64,000 nucleotides of DNA from Eledone cirrhosa (GCA_964016885.1 OZ024743.1:246140001-246204000), one strand, 5' to 3'; positions 12,350-28,110 are shown, numbered from the stretch's first letter. Program-made: numbers and translations. Notes: generated by a model from the letters alone, not told the origin.

Positions 12350-12648
12350 TGCATGCATACATATATACATGTATGATACACTGGCACATCCCCGCGGCGG
12401 CACGTGGGAGCACACACACACACACACACACATACGCACATGCATACACGCGCACGCACTGACCGCCGCACGCCCGTGGATTGGCCCCGCTCACACACGG
12501 CCAGCTGACACTGCATGTTCGTGCTTGTGCATCCATGCACGTGCCTCCCCGGACAGCACACCAACACCTACGCCAACGCGCCCACTCACATACACCTGCA
12601 CACAGATATACTGACACACCTCCGCAACGGCATATGTCCGCACGCACG

Positions 12649-12747
<99 letters not shown>

Positions 12748-13610
12748 GCACACACACACGCACGCACGCACGCACACACGCACACACACACACGCGCGCA
12801 CATACAAACACACACACACGCACACACAAACACACACACACACACACACGCACCCACACACTCCCTGTGACTACCCACAAGTCATTTCTCTTCCATTTTA
12901 CAAACGGCCATTCCTGACGATGGATTTACTAACCTGGAATCGAAAACATAACTCGAACCATACTAGATACGACACCCACCTACCTCTTCCGTATACACAC
13001 ACGCACATACGCTAACAGATGCAACCACCAAAAACACACCAACAACCACACATCCCTGCCAAACACACATACTAACATACACATGCTTACACACATGCAC
13101 GAGTGCGCACACTTGAACACAGGCGTGAGTGTGTGATTGTGCGTGTGGTCGTGCGTGCGTGCACACACATATGTATATACACACACATGTGTACACACAC
13201 ATGTGTACACACACACGTGTACACAGATTTATCCACACACACTTCCACCAACAACACACTTAACACCCAACGCAAGCATACACGCATTGTAATATGCGCC
13301 TCATCTACACTCAACCAACTGCACGTCTGTATCTCCATCACGGCCCCACACCCGCACGCCGGACGACTCCCCCGCCCACTATTGCTGCCCTTCCTCCCCC
13401 TCTCCTTTTTATTTTTAATTTTATTTCTAATTTTATTTCAACAAACTTATTTATATTCTATGTTCTGGTTTGTGTTTTTTCCTGAGGAAGGGAAAATACC
13501 CGATACGTTGACTATGTAATTCACTCTTCTTCCTCCAAGCATGAAACTAATACAACTTCATGTTATTGCAGCCTATTGTTTATTCGTTTTTTGTTTCCTT
13601 GATTTATATA
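12350..13610 (+). mobile_element. Probable PLE 3' UTR fragment (CA-rich) ending in a degenerate HHR
   Basis: cctgaggaagggaaaatacccgatacgtt at about 13481-13510. The 3' end resembles 37870-37980 of the PLE at 34.2-38.0 kb. Confidence 0.45.
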
Positions 13611-13645
13611 TTCATATAATATAAATAAATAATATATATATATGT

Positions 13646-13718
<73 letters not shown>

Positions 13719-13814
13719 TATATATAGAAATGACTTCTACATGACAAAACATGTTTCATTCGTATTAAATCATCAGGAATAAAACAGTTCTAGTCCTGTA
13801 GAAGTCATTTCTAT

Positions 13815-14600
13815 ATATAATAAAGATGCATACAATCCACCAATGTATTGAGTACCTTTTCAAACTGTGGTTATGCAAATTAAGCCCACAAATTAACTGC
13901 AAAACTAGGAACGTAGTATATAACATAAGATGTATAGAGGGACAGTGTAGGAATAAGATCACAACATACATAGGTGATACAGTCCGTAGCGTAGGAGAAA
14001 GGATAAATATACACTGGCAGAACTCCAAGATGGGAAGAACTCATCAGTATTCCACCAACATGCCAAAATGGAACATGGGGGCACACTAGAGTACATAGAA
14101 ATAAAAATCATATCCACACACAGAAAAGACACAATGCTCAGACAGATTACAGAAGTGACAAACATAAACGAACTCCAACCAAAATTAAACAGAAAATGTG
14201 GAATAGCAACAACATCACAACTAGTAATTAAGGACAATATAAAGACATACAGAGATACATAAGAACAACTAATTAAGGATAAGATAAAGACATACAGAGT
14301 CACACAAGAACCAAATTAATGAAACAAACCTGAGATACACAGATGGAACAAGGAACCAACTAGTGACAAATAAATAAACGTATAAATAAATAAATGAAAC
14401 ACACACACGGCCGGATATAACGTATGTGCAACCCAAATACGCAGCACACAGCTCACAAAAACAAGATGATGTAGGGCGGAACAAAGGAAAGACAGAAAAT
14501 AACAAATTAGTCACCGAGGAGGTAACAATATGTGCGATGAAAGAGTTTTTACAATAAACAAATAAACAACCATCCAGTTATTAAATTAACCAACTGGAAT
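13815..14600 (+). pseudogene. PLE 3' fragment (GIY-YIG domain and 3' UTR), related to 3880-5921
   Basis: CKLSPQINCKTRNVVYNIRCIEGQCRNKITTYIGDTVRSVGERINIH, then LRQITEVTNINELQPKLNRK. Confidence 0.85.
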
Positions 14601-15087
14601 TTCATAATAAATTGAAGTGAAAATCATCTGGTGCGTGTGCTTTTATTGACAGCATGACCCTCTCAGAGTATAACAATATCAATTACTGTTTGTCTTTCGT
14701 CTCTCACTCCTTTGGACAACGTTTGGCTTATGTCAGATGCTGTGACGACGGATGGACCAGCAGGTAGGGGTCGAAACTGCCCAAGTCTATCTCAACGGCC
14801 GATGATCATAGAGTTCTGTGTCCTTCGTTTGTATATTTATTTTTAAAAAATATCTTTTAAGGTTTTGTTTTCTTTTGTTTTGTTTCCGTTCGTTGCCTTG
14901 TCCTCTCTTTGTTAATTTTTTAAAGTTTATATATATATGGCAACATAAACTATAACTATGTGTATGGACACCAGTGGTTCTCAAACTTTTTTTGCCAACG
15001 GCACACCTTGGAACACATGAAAAAATAGCAGCACACCTGGCTAAATATATATGAAAAATATTTGAATTTTACAAAATAAAAACATGG

Positions 15088-18000
15088 CAAGTCATAGACG
15101 GCACACAACCGTAAACACAGACTAGTCATAGACGGCATACAACTGTAGACACAGACTAGTCATAGACGGCATACAACCGTAGACACAGACTAGTCATAGA
15201 CGGCATACAACTGTAGACACAGACTAGTCATAGACGGCATACAACCGTAAACACAGACTAGTCATAGACGGCATACAACTGTAGACACAGACTAGTCATA
15301 GACGGCATACAACCGTAGACACAGACTAGTCATAGACGGCATACAACTGTAGACACAGACTAGTCATAGACGGCACACAACCGTAGACACAGACTAGTCA
15401 TAGACGGCATACAATCGTAGACACAGACTAGTCATAGACGGCATACAACCGTAGACACAGACTAGTCATAGACGGCATACAACCGTAGACACCGACTAGT
15501 CATAGACGGCACACAACCGTAGACACAGACTAGTCATAGACGGCACACAACCGTAGACACAGACTAGTCATAGACGGCATACAACCGTAGACACCGACTA
15601 GTCATAGACGGCACACAACCGTAGACACAGACTAGTCATAAACGGCATACAACTGTAGACACAGAGTAGTCATAGACGGTATACAACCGTAGACACAGAC
15701 TAGTCATAGACGGCATACAACCGTAGACACAGACTAGTCATAGACGGCATACAACCGTAGACACAGACTAGTCATAGACGGCATACAACTGTAGACACAG
15801 AGTAGTCATAGACGGCATACAACCGTAGACACCGACTAGTCATAGACGGCATACAACTGTAGACACAGAGTAGTCATAGACGGTATACAACCGTAGACAC
15901 AGACTAGTCATAGACGGCATACAACCGTAGACACAGACTAGTCATAGACGGCATACAACCGTAGACACAGACTAGTCATAGACGGCATACAACCGTAGAC
16001 ACAGACTAGTCATAGACGGCATACAACTGTAAACACAGAGTAGTCATAGACGGCATACAACCGTAGACACCGACTAGTCATAGACGGCATACAACTGTAG
16101 ACACAGAGTAGTCATAGACGGCATACAACCGTAGACACAGACTAGTCATAGACGGCATACAACCGTAGACACAGACTAGTCATAGACGGCATACAACCGT
16201 AGACACAGACTAGTCATAGACAGCATACAACTGTAGACACAGAGTAGTCATAGACGGCATACAACCGTAGACACAGACTAGTCATAGACGGCATACAACA
16301 GTAGACACAGAGTAGTCATAGACGGCATACAACCGTAGACAGCGACTAGTCATAGACGGCATACAACTGTAGACACAGAGTAGTCATAGACGGTATACAA
16401 CCGTAGACACAGACTAGTCATAGACGGCATACAACCGTAGACACAGACTAGTCATAGACGGCATACAACCGTAGACACAGACTAGTCATAGACGGCATAC
16501 AACTGTAGACACAGAGTAGTCATAGACGGCATACAACCGTAGACACAGACTAGTCATAGACGGCATACAACAGTAGACACAGAGTAGTCATAGACGGCAT
16601 ACAACCGTAGACACCGACTAGTCATAGACGGCATACAACCGTAGACACAGACTAGTCATAGACGGCATACGACCGTAGACACAGACTAGTCATAGACGGC
16701 ATACAACCGTAGACACCGACTAGTCATAGACGGCACACAACCGTAGACACAGACTAGTCATAGACGGCATACAACCGTAGACACAGACTAGTCATAGACG
16801 GCATACAACTGTAGACACAGAGTAGTCATAGACGGTATACAACCGTAGACACAGACTAGTCATAGACGGCATACAACCGTAGACACAGACTAGTCATAGA
16901 CGGCATACAACAGTAGACACAGAGTAGTCATAGACGGCATACAACCGTAGACACCGACTAGTCATAGACGGCATACAACCGTAGACACAGACTAGTCATA
17001 GACGGCATACGACCGTAGACACAGACTAGTCATAGACGGCATACAACCGTAGACACCGACTAGTCATAGACGGCATACAACTGTAGACACAGAGTAGTCA
17101 TAGACGGCATACAACCGTAGACACAGACTAGTCATAGACGGCATACAACCGTAGACACAGACTAGTCATAGACGGCATACAACTGTAGACACAGAGTAGT
17201 CATAGACGGCATACAACCGTAGACACAGACTAGTCATAGACGGCATACAACTGTAGACACAGACTAGTCATAGACGGTATACAACCGTAGACACAGACTA
17301 GTCATAGACGGTATACAACTGTAGACACAGACTAGTCATAGACGGCATACAACTGTAGACACAGACAAGTCATAGACGGTATACAACCGTAGACACAGAC
17401 TGGTCATAGACGGTATACAACTGTAGACACAGACTAGTCATAGACGGTATACAACTGTAGACACAGACTAGTCATAGACGGCATACAACTGTAGACACAG
17501 ACAAGTCATAGACGGTATACAACCGTAGACACAGACTAGTCATAGACGGCATACAACCGTAGACACAGACTAGTCATAGACGGCATACAACTGTAGACAC
17601 AGAGTAGTCATAGACGGCATACAACTGTAGACACAGACTAGTCATAGACGGTATACAACTGTAGACACAGACTAGTCATAGACGGCATACAACTGTAGAC
17701 ACAGAGTAGTCATAGACGGCATACAACTGTAGACACAGACTAGTCATAGACGGCATACAACTGTAGACACAGACTAGTCATAGACGGCATACAACTGTAG
17801 ACACAGAGTAGTCATAGACGGCATACAACTGTAGACACAGACTAGTCATAGACGGCATACAACTGTAGACACAGACTAGTCATAGACGGCATACAACTGT
17901 AGACACAGACTAGTCATAGACGGCATACAACTGTAGACACAGACTAGTCATATACGGCATACAACTGTAGACACAGAGTAGTCATAGACGGCATACAACC

Positions 18001-21000
18001 GTAGACACAGACTAGTCATAGACGGTATACAACTGTAGACACAGACTAGTCATAGACGGCATACGACCGTAGACACAGACTAGTCATAGACGGCATACAA
18101 CTGTAGACACAGACTAGTCATAGACGGCATACAACTGTAAACACAGACTAGTCATAGACGGCATACAACCGTAGACACAGACTAGTCATAGACGGCATAC
18201 AACTGTAGACACAGAGTAGTCATAGACGGCATACAATTGTAGACACAGAGTAGTCATAGACGGCATACAACCGTAGACACAGACTAGTCATAGACGGCAT
18301 ACAACTGTAGACACAGAGTAGTCATAGACGGCATACAACTGTAGACACAGAGTAGTCATAGACGGCATACAACCGTAGACACAGACTAGTCATAGACGGC
18401 ATACAACTGTAGACACAGACTAATCATAGACGGCATACAACCGTAGACACAGACTAGTCATAGACGGCATACAACTGTAGACACAGACTAGTCATAGACG
18501 GTATACAACCGTAGACACAGACTAATCATAGACGGCATACAACCGTAGACACAGACTAGTCATAGACGGCATACAACTGTAGACACAGACTAGTCATAGA
18601 CGGTATACAACTGTAGACACAGAGTAGTCATAGACGGCATACAACTGTAGACACAGACTAGTCATAGACGGCATACAACCGTAGACACAGACTAGTCATA
18701 GACGGCATACAACTGTAGACACAGAGTAGTCATAGACGGTATACAACTGTAGACACAGACTAGTCATAGACGGCATACAACTGTAGACACAGACTAGTCA
18801 TAGACGGTATACAACCGTAGACACAGACTAATCATAGACGGTATACAACCGTAGACACAGACTAGTCATAGACGGCATACAACTGTAGACACAGAGTAGT
18901 CATAGACGGTATACAACTGTAGACACAGAGTAGTCATAGACGGCATACAACTGTAGACACAGACTAGTCATAGACGGCATACAACCGTAGACACAGACTA
19001 GTCATAGACGGCATACAACTGTAGACACAGAGTAGTCATAGACGGTATACAACTGTAGACACAGACTAGTCATAGACGGTATACAACTGTAGACACAGAG
19101 TAGTCATAGACGGTATACAACCGTAGACACAGACTAGTCATAGACGGTATGCAACTGTAGTCACAGACTAGTCATAGACGGTATACAACTGTAGACACAG
19201 ACTAGTCATAGACGGTATACAACTGTAGACACAGACTAGTCATAGACGGCATACAACCGTAGACACAGACTAGTCATAGACGGCATACAACTGTAGACAC
19301 AGACTAGTCATAGACGGTATACAACTGTAGACACAGACTAGTCATAGACGGCATACAACTGTAGACACAGAGTAGTCATAGACGGCATAAAACTGTAGAC
19401 ACAGACTAGTCATAGACGGCATACAACTGTAGACACAGACTAGTCATAGACGGTATACAACCGTAGACACAGACTAATTATAGACGGCATACCACCGTAG
19501 ACACAGACTAGTCATAGACGGCATACAACTGTAGACACAGAGTAGTCATAGACGGTATACAACTGTAGACACAGAGTAGTCATAGACGGCATACAACTGT
19601 AGACACAGACTAGTCATAGACGGCATACAACCGTAGACACAGACTAGTCATAGACGACATACAACTGTAGACACAGACTAGTCATAGACGGTATACAACC
19701 GTAGACACAGACTAGTCATAGACGGCATACAACTGTAGACACAGAGTAGTCATAGACGGTATACAACTGTAGACACAGACTAGTCATAGACGGCATACAA
19801 CCGTAGACACAGACTAGTCTTAGACGGCATACAACTGTAGACACAGACTAGTCATAGACGGTATACAACTGTAGACACAGAGTAGTCATAGACGGTATAC
19901 AACTGTAGACACAGACTAGTCATAGACGGCATACAACCGTAGACACAGACTAGTCATAGACGGCATACAACTGTAGACACAGAGTAGTCATAGACGGCAT
20001 ACAACCGTAGACACAGAGTAGTCATAGACGGCACACAACCGTAGACACAGACAAGTCATAGACGGCATACAACTGTAGACACAGACTAGTCATAGCCGGT
20101 ATACAACCGTAGACACAGACAAGTCATAGACGGCATACAACCGTAGACACAGACAAGTCATAGACAGTATACAACTGTAGACACAGAGTAGTCATAGACG
20201 GCATACAACCGTAGACACAGACTAGTCATAGACGGTATACGACCATAGACACAGACTAGTCATAGACGGTATACAACCGTAGACACAGACAAGTCATAGA
20301 CGGTAAACAACCATAGACACAGACTAGTCATAGACGGCATACAACCGTAGACACAGACAAGTCATAGACGGTATATAACTGTAGACACAGACTAGTCATA
20401 GACGGCATACAACTGTAGACACAGACAAGTCATAGACGGTATACAACTGTAGACACAGAGTAGTCATAGACGGCATACAACCGTAGACACAGACAAGTCA
20501 TAGACAAATCATAGACGGCATACAACCGTAGACACAGACAAGTCATAGACGGCATACAACCGTAGACACAGACAAGTCATAGACGGCATACAACCGTAGA
20601 TACAGACAAGTCATAGACGGTATACGACCGTAGACACAGACTAGTCATAGACGGTATACAACCGTAGACACAGACTTGTCATAGACGGTATATAACCGTA
20701 GACACAGACAAGTTATAGACGGTATACAACTGTAGACACAGACTAGTCATAGACGGCATACAACTGTAGACACAGACTAGTCATAGACGGCATACAACCG
20801 TAGACACAGACAAGTCATAGACGGTATACAACCGTAGACACAGACAAGCCATAGACGGTATACAACTGTAGAAACAGACACGTCATAGACAAGTCATAGA
20901 CGACATACAGCCGTTGACACAGACTAGTCATAGACGGTATACGACCGTAGACACAGACAAGTCATAGACGGCATACAACCGTAGACACAGACTAGTCATA

Positions 21001-24000
21001 GACGGTATACAACTGTAGACACAGACTAGTCATAGACGGTATACGACCGTAGACACAGACTAGTCATAGACGGTATACGACCGTAGACACAGACTAGTCA
21101 TAGACGGTATACAACCGTAGACACAGACTAGTCATAGACGGTATACAACTGTAGACACAGACTAGTCATAGACGGTATACGACCGTAGACACAGACTAGT
21201 CATAGACGGTATACAACCGTAGACACAGACTAGTCATAGACGGTATACAACTGTAGACACAGACTAGTCATAGACGGTATACGACCGTAGACACAGACAA
21301 GTCATAGACGGCATACAACTGTAGACACAGACTAGTCATAGACGGCATACAACTGTAGACACAGAGTTGTCATAGACGGCATACAACCGTAGACACAGAC
21401 TAGTCATAGACAGCATACAACCGTAGACACAGACTAGTCATAGACGGTATACAACCGTTTACACAGACAAGTCATAGACGGTATACAACTGTAGACACAG
21501 ACTAGTCATAGACGGTATACAACTGTAGACACAGACAAGTCGTAGACGGTATACAACCGTTTACACAGACAAGTCATAGACGGTATACAACTGTAGACAC
21601 AGACAAGTCATAGACGCTATACAACTGTAGACACAGACTAGTCATAGACGGCATACAACCGTAGACACAGACTAGTCATAGACGGTATACAACTGTAGAC
21701 ACAGACAAGTCATAGACGCTATACAACTGTAGACACAGACTAGTCATAGACGGCATACAACCGTAGACACAGACTAGTCATAGACGGCATACAACCGTAG
21801 ACACAGACAAGTCATAGACGGCATACAACTGTAGACACAGAGTAGTCATAGACGGTATACAACTGTAGACACAGACTAGTCATAGACGGCATACAACTGT
21901 AGACACAGAGTAGTCATAGACGGCATACAACCGTAGACACAGACAAGTCATAGACAAGTTATAGACGGCATACAACCGTAGACACAGACAAGTCATAGAC
22001 GGCATACAACCGTAGACACAGACAAGTCATAGACGGCATACAACTGTAGACACAGACTAGTCATAGACGGCATACAACTGTAGACACAGACTAGTCATAG
22101 ACGGCATACAACCGTAGACACAGACAAGTCATAGACGGTATACAACCGTAGACACAGACAAGCCATAGACGGTATACAACTGTAGACACAGACTAGTCAT
22201 AGACGGTATACAACCGTAGACACAGACAAGCCATAGACGGTATACAACTGTAGACACAGACACGTCATAGACAAGTCATAGACGACATACAGCCGTAGAC
22301 ACAGACTAGTCATAGACGGTATACAACTGTAGACGCAGACTAGTCATAGACGGTATACGACCGTAGACACAGACAAGTCATAGACGGTATACAACTGTAG
22401 ACACAGACACGTCATAGACAAGTCATAGACGACATACAGCCGTAGACACAGACTAGTCATAGACGGTATACAACTGTAGACGCAGACTAGTCATAGACGG
22501 TATACGACCGTAGACACAGACAAGTCATAGACGGTATACGACCGTAGACACAGACTAGTCATAGACGTTATACAACTGTAGACACAGACACGTCATAGAC
22601 AAGTCATAGACGACATACAGCCGTAGACACAGACTAGTCATAGACGGTATACAACTGTAGACGCAGACTAGTCATAGACGGTATACGACCGTAGACACAG
22701 ACAAGTCATAGACGGTATACGACCGTAGACACAGACTAGTCATAGACGTTATACAACTGTAGACACAGACTAGTCATAGACGGTATACAACTGTAGACAC
22801 AGACTAGTCATAGACGGTATACAACCGTAGACACAGACAATTCATAGACGGTATACAACTGTAGACACAGACTAGTCATAGACGGTATACAACCGTAGAC
22901 ACAGACTAGTCATAGACGGTATACAACCGTAGACACAGACTAGTCATAGACAAGTCATAGACGGCATACAACCGTAGACACAGACATGTCATAGACGGCA
23001 TACAACCGTAGACACAGACAAGTCATAGACGGCATACAACTGTAGACACAGACTAGTCATAGACGGCATACAACCGTAGACACAGACAATCATAGACGCT
23101 ATACAACTGTAGACACAGACTAGTAATAGACGGCATACAACCGTAGACACAGACTAGTCATAGACGGCATACAACCGTAGCCACAGACAAGTCATAGACG
23201 GCATACAACTGTAGACACAGACTAGTCATAGACGGTATACAACTGTAGACACAGAGTAGTCATAGACGGTATACAACTGTAGACACAGACTAGTCATAGA
23301 CGGCATACAACTGTAGACACAGAGTAGTCATAGACGGCATACAACCGTAGACACAGACAAGTCATAGACGGCATACAACCGTAGACACAGACAATTCATA
23401 GACGGTATACGACCGTAGACACAGACTAGTCATAGACGGTATACAACTGTAGACACAGAGTAGTCATAGACGGTATACAACTGTAGACACAGACAAGTCA
23501 TAGACGGCATACAACTGTAGACACAGACTAGTCATAGACGGTATACAACCGTAGACACAGACAATTCATAGACGGTATACGACTGTAGACACAGACTAGT
23601 CATAGACGGTATACAACCGTAGACACAGACAATTCATAGACGGTATACGACCGTAGACACAGACTAGTCATAGACGGTATACAACCGTAGACACAGACTA
23701 GTCATAGACGGCATACAACCGTAGACACAGACAATCATAGACGCTATACAACTGTAGACACAGACTAGTAATAGACGGCATACAACCGTAGACACAGACT
23801 AGTCATAGACGGCATACAACCGTAGCCACAGACAAGTCATAGACGGTATACAACTGTAGACACAGAGTAGTCATAGACGGTATACAACTGTAGACACAGA
23901 CTAGTCATAGACGGCATACAACTGTAGACACAGAGTAGTCATAGACGGCATACAACCGTAGACACAGACTAGTCATAGACGGCATACAACCGTAGCCACA

Positions 24001-24562
24001 GACAAGTCATAGACGGCATACAACTGTAGACACAGACTAGTCATAGACGGTATACAACTGTAGACACAGAGTAGTCATAGACGGTATACAACTGTAGACA
24101 CAGACAAGTCATAGACGGCATACAACTGTAGACACAGACTAGTCATAGACGGTATACAACCGTAGACACAGACAATTCATAGACGGTATACGACTGTAGA
24201 CACAGACTAGTCATAGACGGTATACAACCGTAGACACAGACAATTCATAGACGGTATACGACCGTAGACACAGACTAGTCATAGACGGTATACAACCGTA
24301 GACACAGACTAGTCATAGACGGTATACAACTGTAGACACAGACAAGTCATAGACGGCATACAACCGTAGACACAGACTAGTCATAGACGGTATACGACCG
24401 TAGACACAGAGTAGTCATAGACGGTATACAACTGTAGACACAGACTAGTCATAGACGACATACAACCGTAGACACAGACTAGTTACAGACGGCATACAAC
24501 CGTAGACACAGACAAGTCATAGACAAGTCATAGACGACATACAGCCGTAGACACAGACTAGT
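15088..24562. repeat. 34-bp minisatellite, about 280 copies (GTCATAGACGGCATACAACCGTAGACACAGACTA)
   Basis: Period 34 read directly. Point variants and occasional 11-bp internal duplications. Confidence 0.98.
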
Positions 24563-24663
24563 GATAAACACATAGAATGACTCAAACTAAATAAAGAAAA
24601 ATACAGCTATGAACTTACTTTATTGCAGTGTTTCGAATTTCATCAGTGAAATAGCTGGCTTCT

Positions 24664-24780
24664 TTAGTGAGAAATTTCTGCCTGGCTTTTATTTATAATT
24701 TCCTCAATGTTTGGTCGAATATGAGACAGACACACCCTCTTTTCTTCTTCCCTTGTACGTAATCTCATTTTCTTAGTGTG
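24664..24780 (-). pseudogene. C-terminal remnant of Buster/ZBED5-like hAT transposase
   Basis: KKMRLRTREEEKRVCLSHIRPNIEEIINKSQAEISH* fits the typical ...ELRVxLSxIxPxI...QAQxSH* ending. Confidence 0.75.
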
Positions 24781-24967
24781 CCGTTCAAAATTTCGCGGCA
24801 CACTTAGGAACATCTCGCGAAACACAATTTTTCGAGCCGTATAACATAACTTAATATAACAGAGATAAACAGATGTATACATATCATAAGGGACCAAAGT
24901 CACTAGGGATAATAAGATACTATCTATGAACAATACGGTTTGTATATATATATATATATATATATAT

Positions 24968-25482
24968 AAACAATTAAGTTAAAAATGTACATCTACATAT
25001 GCATACTGAAATACTAGTGTGTATATGAATACACACACGTATACATATGCAGATGTAACAAGTCTTTCACTGGTTGCTTTACTGTGAGCAACCCAGCTAT
25101 TCTGTATGTAAACACACAGACAAACCGGTTTTTAGAGTCCGGTGCGTACTCACACTCTATGCAAATTAGTCTGCCCACTACTAATTTTCATAGAAAAAGC
25201 ATATAACGATATGTGCTTTTACAATTCTCCAGAAAGGCCGGTAGATAGGTAAATATTGTTGATGAGTTGTAACAACAACGAAACTAGTTCAATATTCCTT
25301 GTCTGGCTTTCTGGAGAATAGAGGGAAGGTGTTTCCTCGAAAACCAGTATGACTCTAAAAACCGGTTTGTCTGTGTGTTTACATACAGAATAGCTGGGTT
25401 GCTCACAGTAAAGCAACCAGTGAAATACACACTAGTATTTCAGTATGCATATGTAGATGTACATTTTTAACTTAATTGTTTA
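24968..25482 (+). mobile_element. Non-coding HHR element with inverted copy of its 3' part at the 5' end
   Basis: 24968-25139 is the reverse complement of 25351-25482 apart from an internal insertion. (TA)n on both sides. Confidence 0.8.
25225..25319 (+). ncRNA. Type I hammerhead with extended stem I (core UUGAUGA)
   Basis: aatattg ttgatga gttgt aaca acaac gaaa ctag tt caatatt at 25252-25296. Outer helix ttctccagaaag/ctttctggagaa. Confidence 0.75.
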
Positions 25483-25543
25483 AGCGTCAGTCATACAAAA
25501 GTGAGTTACAAACGAAACGAAATTTAATTTCGTTTCGTTATTT

Positions 25544-25601
<58 letters not shown>

Positions 25602-26416
25602 CTATGTATGTATGTATGTATGTATGTATGTATGTATGTATGTATGTATATATGTATGTATGTATTTATGTATGTATTTATGTATGTATTCAATGTATTT
25701 TATCTGTATTTATTTGTATCAAATCTTTAATATGTTTATGTATTGTATAGCGTTTTTATATAAATGAGAGTAAATTGTGATATTTTCAGGTATTAGTACT
25801 TAAGTACCGTGTGGGGATGGTAACGCCCACATTGTTTATTCACTAAAGTACACATATATACATTTACACACACACACACATATATATATATACACACACA
25901 CATACACACATATATATATACACTATATACCATACACACACGCACACACACATATACATATACCATACATACATATATATGTATGTATGTAAGTATTTAT
26001 ATTTTGCTGAAGTTGTCTCATAAAACAGAAAGATATCTTGAGTTAGCGTATACTTTACAAATCGTTTTTCATGAAGTTATCGTTCTTGTGTTTTTGAGTC
26101 GACCATGGTTCCCCAAAGTGACCGGTGTGCTTCTGGGTATCGATGAAACTACCTAGAGTTCCATTTAATTTTTAACCCCAAACTTGATATTCCTATACGA
26201 AATAAAAATGCATAAAATAATAGAATTAAATTTGACTTGCTTTTACAGGTTTCTGATTTAAATACGATTAGTCTTTATTTGCTATTCATTTTTATTCGGC
26301 GGGACATGACTTCACAATTATTTTTCGCGGTTTCGATCCCACTGTATGCCACCTTTGGCAAATATCATTTAGCATAGCCTCGGTTTGACGTTTGATTAAT
26401 GATTTGTGAGTAAAAG

Positions 26417-26570
26417 CAGCGGTCGCCAACCAGTGGTCCGCGAGAAATTTTTGGTGGTCTGCAGAACAATGTTAACGTATTTATCTTTAAAAAATTCATA
26501 TTTAATGGTCCGCGGGATTTAAAATTATGAATTTAGTGGCCCGTGATGTCCGAAAGGTTGGTGACCGCTG
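26417..26570. mobile_element. hAT-type MITE (154 bp)
   Basis: TIRs cagcggtcgccaacc and ggttggtgaccgctg. Confidence 0.8.
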
Positions 26571-26619
26571 GTCTAAAGGGTTTGGGAATGTGGGTGTGTG
26601 TGTGTATGGGGGGGGGGGG

Positions 26620-26912
26620 GATCCGTCAGTTCCTACGATAAATATTTCAGTTGATTCGATCAACGAACAGCTTGCTTGTGAAATTAACATGAAAGCGGCT
26701 GAGCATTCCATTTGCCTGTGTACCCTTAACGTAGTTCTCGTGGAGCTTCACCGTGACACAAGGGTGGCCACATCTGAATTACACATACAACTCACTTTTG
26801 TTAGTTGAGTGGATTGGAGCAACGTGAAATAAAGGACACAACTCACTCCCGGGAATCGAACTCACGATATTAAGATTGTGAGCCGTACATCCGAACTACT
26901 AAGCCACGCGCG
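26620..26912 (-). mobile_element. tRNA-derived SINE family B
   Basis: A box (tggcttagtag) and B box (gagttcgattccc) on the minus strand. Related copies at about 27130-27400, 56215-56490, 57345-57680, 58985-59130, 60875-61050 and 62620-62942. Confidence 0.75.
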
Positions 26913-27523
26913 TGTGCAATTCGTTTTCTTGAAATAGTGATCTGTGTAGTTCCTTGTAGTACTGATTTAACGCGACGTTGACTTCATCTCTGATAATTAA
27001 GAGGGTTTTTTTTCCCCCAGAGTCGTAACATTTGACTTGACTGATACCGTATCATGCTAACCATCTGTGACATTGGGAAACAAACTAACAGTTTGTTCAT
27101 TTACAGCTCGTTGAGCATTTAGTTGTTCTCCGGTTGACTTAGACATGGCGACAAATCAGTCGCACATCTGTGGATTCCCACGGTCTCAAGTTCGATCCCA
27201 CTGCATGGAATCTCAAGCAAGTGTATTTTACCATAGTTTCGGGTCGACTGGAGCCTTCTGAGTGTAATTAGGTAGTCGGAGAGTTTATGATGTCCGTCAG
27301 ATGGATTGTACCGGCAATTCAAAGACCAGCCTTGTCACATATTGTGTCACGCTAATTCGAACTCAAAATTACATCAAAGGGGTATGTGCGGTAGAGTAGC
27401 TAGAAGGAGGTGACGGGGCAGTCCGACCCGGGTGACAGTTATATGGGGGCGGCACTGTTGGGTCTGCTGTAGGCTATGAGTGTTCTTTCAATGCTGCAGC
27501 ATAATATTCTAATTTTACGCAGA

Positions 27524-27608
<85 letters not shown>

Positions 27609-27730
27609 TATCTGGCCCGTCCGGCTGGCACCCGGCTACCATTGGCGTCTTCTACGGCACCCATATATATATATATAGCTGACGTACCTGCTTCGCTTGG
27701 ATAAACAGACGATAAGCCGTCTGTGTTGTA

Positions 27731-28100
27731 TAGTATTACTGTTGAAAATATATAGTATAGTATCACTGTTGAAAATATATAGTATAGTACAGTATTACTG
27801 TTGAAAATATATAGCATAGTACAGTATTACTGTTGAAAATATGTAGTATAGTATTACTGTTGAAAATATACAGTGTAGAGTATTACTGTTGAAAATATAT
27901 AGTATAGTATCACTGTTGAAAATATATAGTATAGTATTACTGTTGAAAATATATAGTACAGTATTACTGTGGAAAATATATAGTATAGTAGAGTATTAAT
28001 GTTGAAAATATATAGTATAGTATTACTGTTGAAAATATATAGTACAGTACAGTATTACTGTTGAAAATATATAGTACAGTATTATTGTTGAAAATATGTA
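27731..28100. repeat. ~27-32-bp minisatellite (AGTATAGTATTACTGTTGAAAATATAT)n
   Basis: Direct reading, about 12 copies. Confidence 0.9.
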
Positions 28101-28110
28101 CACGAATATA

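Larger units (their letters stand above)
14972..24830 (-). mobile_element. hAT (Charlie/Buster-type) deletion derivative hosting the large minisatellite
   Basis: TIR CAGTGGTTCTCAAAC at 14972, subterminal CGGCACAC motifs at both ends, and a transposase C-terminus at 24664-24780. The second TIR was not found. Confidence 0.7.

Noticed and set aside
14730-14815. Possible HHR related to the 4-118 family
   Set aside because: Only gtcgaaac and gatcata similarity. The core is too degenerate to call.
15088-24562. CRISPR-like appearance of a 34-bp repeat
   Set aside because: Units are contiguous with no unique spacers, there are no cas genes, and the context is eukaryotic.
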